Assembly (NCBI GenBank): GCA_964449665.1
Contig: CAYUZM010000001.1
Coordinates: 1-27,391, forward strand
Direction of reading: 5' to 3'
Source: an uncultured Solibacteraceae bacterium
GTDB taxonomy: Bacteria > Acidobacteriota > Terriglobia > Bryobacterales > Bryobacteraceae
DNA length: 27,391 nt
How positions within the stretch are numbered: position 1 is the stretch's first letter; the number at the start of each line of letters is the position of its first letter. Made by a program: the position numbers and the translations under genes. Under the pieces are notes generated by a model that was given only the letters and a program-made list of their open reading frames with translations, made no database searches and had not been told where the DNA came from. Positions 22,281 to 27,391 of the stretch are shown here, piece after piece.

Positions 22281-22817
22281 TTATTTGTGGGCGCGGTTGG
22301 GATGGTAGTCCCGAAGCGCGGCCCAACGTTCTTCGGTGCGCGGCTGGCTGCAATGGCATTGCTGCTCATTACGGTTGATACCGCACTCCGGACAGATTCC
22401 CTGGCACGACTCGCGGCAGAGCCGCTGCATGGGGAGCAGCAGCAAAATCTGTTCACGAACCGCGTCGGCGAGCTCAAGCCCGCCATGATCGTAAAACGCA
22501 ACGTCGACGTCGTCGGCCGTGAGGCTGACTTCCGCCTTCTCCGGAGCGTGCTCCGGAGGCTCGTAGACAAGGTCGAACTGCGTGCTGACCGGAACGGTGA
22601 ATCGCTCCAGGCAACGGTCGCAGGCGCATTCGACTTCGCCCGACAACTGGCCCCGGAGGCGGATCTGAGCCGTCGAGGGGCGATATTCAGCCTCACCCGA
22701 GACATGCACCGGCTTGGGCTGCAGCAGCTCGCCCGGCCGGAGATCGAACGTCCCCGGCGCCAAATGGAGGTCGAACTGGATTTTGCCAAGCTCTAACTCC
22801 TTTACACTGAGGAACAT
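22281..22817 (-). CDS. yceD: DUF177/YceD family metal-binding protein
   Basis: 'ECACDRCLE', 'LADAVREQILLLLPMQRLCRESCQGICPECG', 'RWAAL'; canonical position upstream of rpmF-plsX. Start placed at ATG 22817. Confidence 0.9.
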   Translation of the reverse strand: MFLSVKELELGKIQFDLHLAPGTFDLRPGELLQPKPVHVSGEAEYRPSTAQIRLRGQLSGEVECACDRCLERFTVPVSTQFDLVYEPPEHAPEKAEVSLTADDVDVAFYDHGGLELADAVREQILLLLPMQRLCRESCQGICPECGINRNEQQCHCSQPRTEERWAALRDYHPNRAHK

Positions 22818-22880
22818 GCCGACTCCTAGCGGGGGCGCGCGCAGACACACGTCGGCGGCCGCCTATGGCAACAAATAGTC

Positions 22881-22909
22881 ATTATAGCGGATGGCGGGGG
22901 GGAAGGGAA
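22881..22909 (-). promoter_or_regulatory. Possible sigma-70 promoter for yceD-rpmF-plsX
   Basis: Perfect TATAAT on the minus strand (22886-22881) about 64 nt before the yceD start; only a weak -35 (TTCCCT) at 17 bp. Confidence 0.4.
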
Positions 22910-23015
22910 TTCGAAGGGTAGCGAAGAGTCGGCGTGACCCCAGCACGAGGGAAATTGGAGGCGATGAGATTGCGTTTCCGGCGCGGTGGGGGAGAGCCGT
23001 TGAGCCAATCATTCG

Positions 23016-24284
23016 TCAAGCTTGCTTAGGCCATTCAAAATGGTCGTCTCTATTAATCTGCGATTGCGCCTGGATGCCGATCAAGCGCCATGCCCCAGCT
23101 TCGTCTGACTTCCTCCTGGCGTCGCCGTAGATCGAAAGATAGCGTCTCAGTTCCGCGGCGATTTGTGAGTCGAGGTGCTCGAAACACTTCCCGTCGTTGC
23201 AGAATTTGTAATGCTTGCCCCAGCCCTGCATGATTCCATCCACACGCTTTAGTGTTTGGATCAGCGCGTTTTTCTTATCGACTTGTCCGCTGCGGTGGTG
23301 CGATCGAATCGCCATCTCGCTCTGCCTCAGCGTCGTCTTTATGCGAGCTAGCAGACGCCCCTGGGCCTGCCTGCTTGGACGGAGTAGCCCGCTAGCGAGT
23401 TCAATTCCAAGAAACTCGAACTTTTCAAATGTACTCCCTCTTTTTGTCTTCTCGTCAGAAACTGTCATCCCCAACTCACTGAGCATTCGCTTTGCTTTGG
23501 CAAAAGTATTCTCAGCAACTTCTTTGCTGGGGCCGAGAATGATGAAATCGTCGATGTATCGGATACAGCGAACATCAGAGCATTTATTGAGTTCTTGATC
23601 GAACTCATAGAGTGCCAAGTTGCCGATCAGGGGAGAGAGAGCGTTTCCCTGCGCGACACCAATATCCTCCAATGGGAACTTAGCCGCATCCTTTTTCAAT
23701 GCCGCCATATTGTGGAGCTCTACTGCAATTGCCTTCTCGAAAAGCGAACAGAATTCATCCTCGTTCGGCACGCTATCTACGACGACCTTAATGGCCGCCG
23801 ATTTCTTGAGACGCGTAAAGAACTCGGAGATGTCGGAACGGATTGCAAATTTTCCACCGTTGCCGATTGCATCGAGTACGGCCTTGATCGCCGCAGGTAC
23901 CGCAGTCGTAGCGGATTCACGCTTCTTTACACCGCCGAAACTATGTGGAGTGTCAACATACTTTGCGATAGCCGGGACGTCGACAAGAACATCATGGATC
24001 GCGCGCTGTACGATACGTGATTCGATCTTGGCCACTACGAGCGGGCGAAACCCAACCCTACCGCCTTTCGGGAGCTTTACGCCTCGGGCAGGTGGGAACT
24101 CAAATCGCCCCTTTTGAAGCCGCTCAATTAGCCTGCGGAGATTGGTGGTGAGATTCTTTTCAAACTCTTCAACCTCCTTGCGCGTGTCATCTGACTTTGA
24201 CACCCTCGCATTTCTGGAGATTGCGCGCCACGCGCTCTCAATAACCCTTCGGGATCGAACTTGTCGCGCTAGACTCTTCTTCAT
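23016..24284 (-). CDS. Stand-alone group II intron-like reverse transcriptase (G2L4-like), no endonuclease domain
   Basis: RT0-like N-terminus 'IESAWRAISRN', RT1/2 'GVKLPKGG...FRPLVVAKIESRIVQRAI', RT3 'SDISEFF', RT4 'GVAQGNALSPLIGNL', RT5 'RYIDDF', RT7 'FEFLG', thumb/X-like 'MQGWGKHY'; 422 aa; more AT-rich than the host genes. Confidence 0.9.
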   Translation of the reverse strand: MKKSLARQVRSRRVIESAWRAISRNARVSKSDDTRKEVEEFEKNLTTNLRRLIERLQKGRFEFPPARGVKLPKGGRVGFRPLVVAKIESRIVQRAIHDVLVDVPAIAKYVDTPHSFGGVKKRESATTAVPAAIKAVLDAIGNGGKFAIRSDISEFFTRLKKSAAIKVVVDSVPNEDEFCSLFEKAIAVELHNMAALKKDAAKFPLEDIGVAQGNALSPLIGNLALYEFDQELNKCSDVRCIRYIDDFIILGPSKEVAENTFAKAKRMLSELGMTVSDEKTKRGSTFEKFEFLGIELASGLLRPSRQAQGRLLARIKTTLRQSEMAIRSHHRSGQVDKKNALIQTLKRVDGIMQGWGKHYKFCNDGKCFEHLDSQIAAELRRYLSIYGDARRKSDEAGAWRLIGIQAQSQINRDDHFEWPKQA

Positions 24285-24327
24285 CTGTCCATTGGGTCTG
24301 TTGGTTCGCCTGACCCGTCCGACAGCA

Positions 24328-24455
24328 CACTCCTGAACCCAGCGACGTTACCGTGAGGCCCGGTTCGCTCAATCGAGACTTGCGCCTCGCCGCTGACTTG
24401 GGCCCGAAGCGCCCAGGTTGCCCTGATCGCCGAGACGCCCAATACAAGGGTCAGT
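24328..24455. repeat. 128-bp direct repeat, copy 1 (RT-proximal)
   Basis: cactcctgaaccc...aatacaagggtcagt is identical base for base to 24683..24810; it ends 43 bp before the RT start codon. Confidence 0.97.
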
Positions 24456-24682
24456 GCAACAGTCAGCTTGACGGCGCAAGCCCACTGTCGCCGCACCAAG
24501 CTGGCGCGTTTTTGCCGATAGCATACATCGCTCTAATCCCTCCTACTACTATTGTAGCTTTTTGGGTATGACCTGCAAGCGCTGCCGCCATCTCCCTTCG
24601 CCGCCCGGATTATTAAAGCTGCCAGCCGCCCAACAGTCACCATGAACGGTGCAGGTTGCGACTAGATTCATGCCGGACGCGT

Positions 24683-24810
24683 CACTCCTGAACCCAGCGA
24701 CGTTACCGTGAGGCCCGGTTCGCTCAATCGAGACTTGCGCCTCGCCGCTGACTTGGGCCCGAAGCGCCCAGGTTGCCCTGATCGCCGAGACGCCCAATAC
24801 AAGGGTCAGT
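24683..24810. repeat. 128-bp direct repeat, copy 2 (RT-distal)
   Basis: Identical to 24328..24455; offset 355 bp; 227-bp unique spacer at 24456..24682. Confidence 0.97.
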
Positions 24811-24900
24811 ACCACCAAATATACTACGGTTTGGATCTGAGGCGCAAGATATTGTACCGTCTATGCGGCCTAACAGACAGTGGCGCCTCAAGTGTGATGA

Positions 24901-25149
24901 TCATCGGTTGAAGTCAGGCGGTTCGCGCATCGGTCTTCGAGGGGGGATGTCGAGTTCGAGGCCGCCGAGAGGCTCAATTCGCCTCCTAATTGCTTCCGCG
25001 AGATTTTCGGTGACAGAAGGTTGGGTTGCGACCGCGATCGTCAAAATCTCACGTGCCTCTTCTTCCATCGAACGGCCATGGCGCGAAGCTTGTGCGCGCA
25101 GTCGCTCCTTGGTTCTCTCGTCGAGACGACGGATCGTGATGCTAGCCAT
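24901..25149 (-). CDS. FitA/StbC-like ribbon-helix-helix antitoxin (orphan)
   Basis: 'MASITIRRLDERTKERLRAQASRHGRSMEEEAREIL...LGGLELDIPPR...PPDF', typical of FitA-like antitoxins of PIN toxins. Confidence 0.85.
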   Translation of the reverse strand: MASITIRRLDERTKERLRAQASRHGRSMEEEAREILTIAVATQPSVTENLAEAIRRRIEPLGGLELDIPPRRPMREPPDFNR

Positions 25150-25164
25150 GCCTTCAACCTAGCA

Positions 25165-25185
25165 GATGCAATCAATGATTGCATC
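25165..25185. promoter_or_regulatory. Palindromic operator upstream of the antitoxin gene, likely for RHH autoregulation
   Basis: Perfect 10-bp inverted repeat GATGCAATCA-A-TGATTGCATC 15 bp upstream of the antitoxin start; the half-site resembles the TGCTATCA half-site bound by Neisseria FitA. Confidence 0.7.
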
Positions 25186-25214
25186 GCGCCGCTGCGATAG
25201 CATAAACGCCTGAC

Positions 25215-25565
25215 ATGCTCACCCTTCTCCGCTGGATACTCGGAATCGGCTGCGTCCTCGGCCTGCTCACTTTCGGCCTGATTCTCGTCGTTGGGCAGGG
25301 TTTCGATGTTTACCGAAGCGGGTCGGGCGCAGAAGACCTGTTGCGCACAGCGCTGACCGTCGGCATCCCTGCGCTACTCGTAGCCATGCTGGTAACCGTG
25401 GCCGGCGCCGGAGGACGGGTGCTCCTGCACGCCACCGCCGCCGGCGTCGCGGCGGCACTGGCCGGAGTGGTTTGGTCAGTTATGCGTACCAATCCCGGCG
25501 AAGGCAGTTTCTACGCCTGCTTTTTCCTGCTATGGCTCATCTATTACGGAATGAGCATCCGCTAG
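25215..25565 (+). CDS. Small integral membrane hypothetical protein (about 4 TM helices)
   Basis: 116-aa ORF with four hydrophobic stretches; divergent from the antitoxin gene. Confidence 0.7.
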   Translation: MLTLLRWILGIGCVLGLLTFGLILVVGQGFDVYRSGSGAEDLLRTALTVGIPALLVAMLVTVAGAGGRVLLHATAAGVAAALAGVVWSVMRTNPGEGSFYACFFLLWLIYYGMSIR

Positions 25566-25885
25566 AAATCCAAGAAAGCGTGAGGCAGGGTGAGCCGTTC
25601 GGAGGTACAGCCCACCCGACTCGATGGGCTGCCGGGAGTATGATGACGATTCCGGCAAGCGTATCGAGTTTTGCATCGGCCCCCGTAGGATGGGCGGCGG
25701 CCGAAAAATTGTGCCATGCGCCGGCCGCTCGCCGGGGCACACAACTCCCCTATTCCCCTGCGGCAGTAGTGCCGCGGGGCGCGGAGACATTAGAATAAAG
25801 AACTACGCTGGTTTCTCTTCCGCCCAAATACGCGTGGATGGGTAGAGGAACTGGCTCAATGAGGCTACGAGAAAAGAAAACGGCC

Positions 25886-26461
25886 ATGCAAATACCGGAT
25901 GTGACGATACTTCTGGACAACTGGAGCAAGGGCGATCAGAACGCGCTCGACCAGTTGACGCCGGTGGTGTATGACGAATTGCGGCGCCTGGCCGCCAGCT
26001 ATATGCGGCGCGAGCGGCAGGATCACACTCTGCAAAGTACGGCGCTGGTGAACGAAGCCTATCTGAAGCTGGTCGACCAAAAAAACGTCGTCTGGCAGAA
26101 CCGCGCCCACTTCTTCGGCATCGCCGCGCAAATGATCCGCCGCATCCTGGTGGACCATGCGCGTGCCCACAAGGCCGAAAAGCGCGGCGGCGGCGCGGGC
26201 GTATTGTCGCTCGACGAGGCCATCGGCGTCCCCGAGAAACGCGACATCGAAATCCTTTCGCTGAACGACGCGCTCACGCGCCTCTCCGAGCTTGACCCGC
26301 AACAAGGCCGCATCGTAGAACTTCGCTTCTTCACCGGGTTGTCGATCGAAGAGACCGCCGAGGTGGTTGGCGTCTCGCCCGCCACCGTGAAACGCGAGTG
26401 GGCCGCCGCGCGCGCATGGCTCTTCCGCGAGATTTCGCGCAAACCGGAGGGAGAGGAGTAG
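25886..26461 (+). CDS. ECF sigma factor, TIGR02999-like (kinase-associated)
   Basis: '[55 protein letters not shown]...[14 protein letters not shown]...[29 protein letters not shown]'. Start placed at ATG 25886; the ORF track starts at 25838. Confidence 0.9.
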   Translation: MQIPDVTILLDNWSKGDQNALDQLTPVVYDELRRLAASYMRRERQDHTLQSTALVNEAYLKLVDQKNVVWQNRAHFFGIAAQMIRRILVDHARAHKAEKRGGGAGVLSLDEAIGVPEKRDIEILSLNDALTRLSELDPQQGRIVELRFFTGLSIEETAEVVGVSPATVKREWAAARAWLFREISRKPEGEE

Positions 26462-26491
26462 CACGGCCGGGCGCCCCGTGCCACGGCAGCC

Positions 26492-27391
26492 ATGACGCCG
26501 GACCGTTGGCAACGAGTGAAATCGATTCTCGCTGGCGCGCTCGACGTGCCAGCATCGCAGCGCGAAGTGTATCTGCGCGATGCCTGCGGAACCGAACTCA
26601 GCCTGCGCCACGAAGTCGATTCGCTGCTCTCCTCTTATACCGAAGCAGGCACCTTCCTGAATACGCAGGAGATGAAGACGCTTCCGGACCCGCGCGTGGG
26701 CGAGGAAATCGGTCCCTACAAGCTGGAACGATTGCTCGGCCAGGGCGGCATGGGCGCCGTCTATCTGGCTTCGCGCGAAGTCGACGGCTTTCCCATGCGC
26801 GTGGCGTTGAAGCTGATTCGCGTCAGCGTGCTCAATGAGTACGTCCACCGCCGCTTCCGCATGGAGCGCCAGATTCTGGCGCGTTTGTCGCATCCCAACA
26901 TTACGCGCCTGATCGACGGCGGCATCGCGCGCGACGGCGTGCCGTTCCTGGTCACCGAATTCGTCGACGGCATCCCGCTCGACGAGTACGTCAAAACCAA
27001 GAAGCCGGGGCTCGCCGAAAAACTCCGCATCCTGGAAGCAATCGCATCGGCCGTCGCCTTCGCGCATCGCAACCTCATCGTCCACGGCGATCTCAAGCCG
27101 CACAACATCCTGGTGAACGCCGAAGGCCAGCCCAAACTGCTGGACTTCGGTATCGCGCGCCTCATCGATCCGGAATCGTCGAACGCCGGCGAGATGACGC
27201 TAGAAGCGTTGACGCCCGCCTGGGCCAGTCCCGAACAGTTACGTGGTGAACCGTTGTCGCCCTCAAGCGACGCCTATTCGCTCGGCCGCCTGATGTACTT
27301 CCTGCTTACCGGCCAGCAGCCGTTCGATCTCACCGGCCAGGCGCCCCCCCAGATTCTGACGTTGCTCTCCCTCAAAACCCCGCCCCTTCCG
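26492..27391 (+). CDS. Hanks-type Ser/Thr protein kinase, 3'-truncated by the window end
   Basis: Missing from the ORF track because it has no stop. ATG 26492 'MTPDRWQRVKSIL...'; 'LGQGGMGAVY', 'VALK', 'RFRMERQILARLSHPNI', 'HGDLKPHNIL', 'LLDFGIA', 'ASPEQ', 'DAYSLG'; open for 300 codons to the end. Confidence 0.93.
   Translation, partial: MTPDRWQRVKSILAGALDVPASQREVYLRDACGTELSLRHEVDSLLSSYTEAGTFLNTQEMKTLPDPRVGEEIGPYKLERLLGQGGMGAVYLASREVDGFPMRVALKLIRVSVLNEYVHRRFRMERQILARLSHPNITRLIDGGIARDGVPFLVTEFVDGIPLDEYVKTKKPGLAEKLRILEAIASAVAFAHRNLIVHGDLKPHNILVNAEGQPKLLDFGIARLIDPESSNAGEMTLEALTPAWASPEQLRGEPLSPSSDAYSLGRLMYFLLTGQQPFDLTGQAPPQILTLLSLKTPPLP

Larger units (their letters stand above)
24285..24860 (-). 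ncRNA. Putative structured RT-associated RNA or leader made of two repeat units plus spacer; boundaries approximate
   Basis: On the minus strand each repeat has CAGG-GCAA-CCUG, GAGGC-GCAA-GUCUC, ACG-GUAA-CGU and a C-UUCG-G loop within GGGC/GCCC, with ends CUGACCC...GGGUUCAG. The tetraloops are canonical only on the RT strand. Transcription itself is not shown. Confidence 0.55.

Noticed and set aside
24328-24810. Direct repeats as a CRISPR array
   Set aside because: Only two copies; the 128-bp repeat and 227-bp spacer are far outside CRISPR sizes; no cas genes in the window.
23016-24810. RT plus repeats as a diversity-generating retroelement (TR/VR)
   Set aside because: The copies are identical with no A-to-N mismatches, neither lies at the 3' end of a plausible target gene, and no avd-like gene is present.
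22890-24900. Intact mobile group II intron
   Set aside because: No DV/DVI-like sequence (GAGCCG...RGAAA...CGUACGGUUC) on the RT strand after the stop, no recognisable GUGYG-led 5' domain, and YIDD instead of YADD.
23016-24900. Retron or DRT2 assignment
   Set aside because: No retron NAxxH or VTG motifs are visible, and the sequence retains group II-like RT0 and thumb features. A phylogeny is still needed for certainty.
24890-25200. IS element or integrase-defined island boundaries
   Set aside because: No transposase, integrase, tRNA or terminal inverted repeats with target duplication were seen; the only palindrome is better explained as the antitoxin operator.
25755-25779. GC hairpin CCCC(T)GCGGCA-GTAG-TGCCGCGGGG as a terminator
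   Set aside because: No U-tract on either side and about 190 bp from the upstream stop; function cannot be supported.

Overview
High-GC bacterial chromosome segment. The gene families, especially TIGR03437-type C-terminal surface proteins, point to Acidobacteriota (Solibacter/Bryobacter-like). Left to right: two tandem giant secreted Ig/BACON surface proteins (+); a minus-strand run hicB-hicA-hypothetical-hrcA-grpE-dnaJ with no dnaK; a NadD-like nucleotidyltransferase (+); a long minus-strand housekeeping run (yceD/DUF177-rpmF-plsX-dsbD-M28 peptidase-Tat dipeptide epimerase-HMA protein-dnaG-rpoD); an AT-richer accessory island at about 22.9-25.2 kb; a small membrane protein; and an ECF sigma plus Ser/Thr kinase pair truncated by the window end. 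The island is the most interesting part. It holds a stand-alone group II intron-like reverse transcriptase (YIDD, thumb/X domain, no endonuclease, G2L4-like). Upstream lie two perfectly identical 128-bp direct repeats 227 bp apart, which fold on the RT strand into several GNRA/UUCG-capped hairpins. The module starts right after the first three codons (M-I-I) of what looks like a destroyed PIN toxin gene, leaving an orphan FitA-type antitoxin with its operator. All product calls come from motif recognition by eye; no searches were run.
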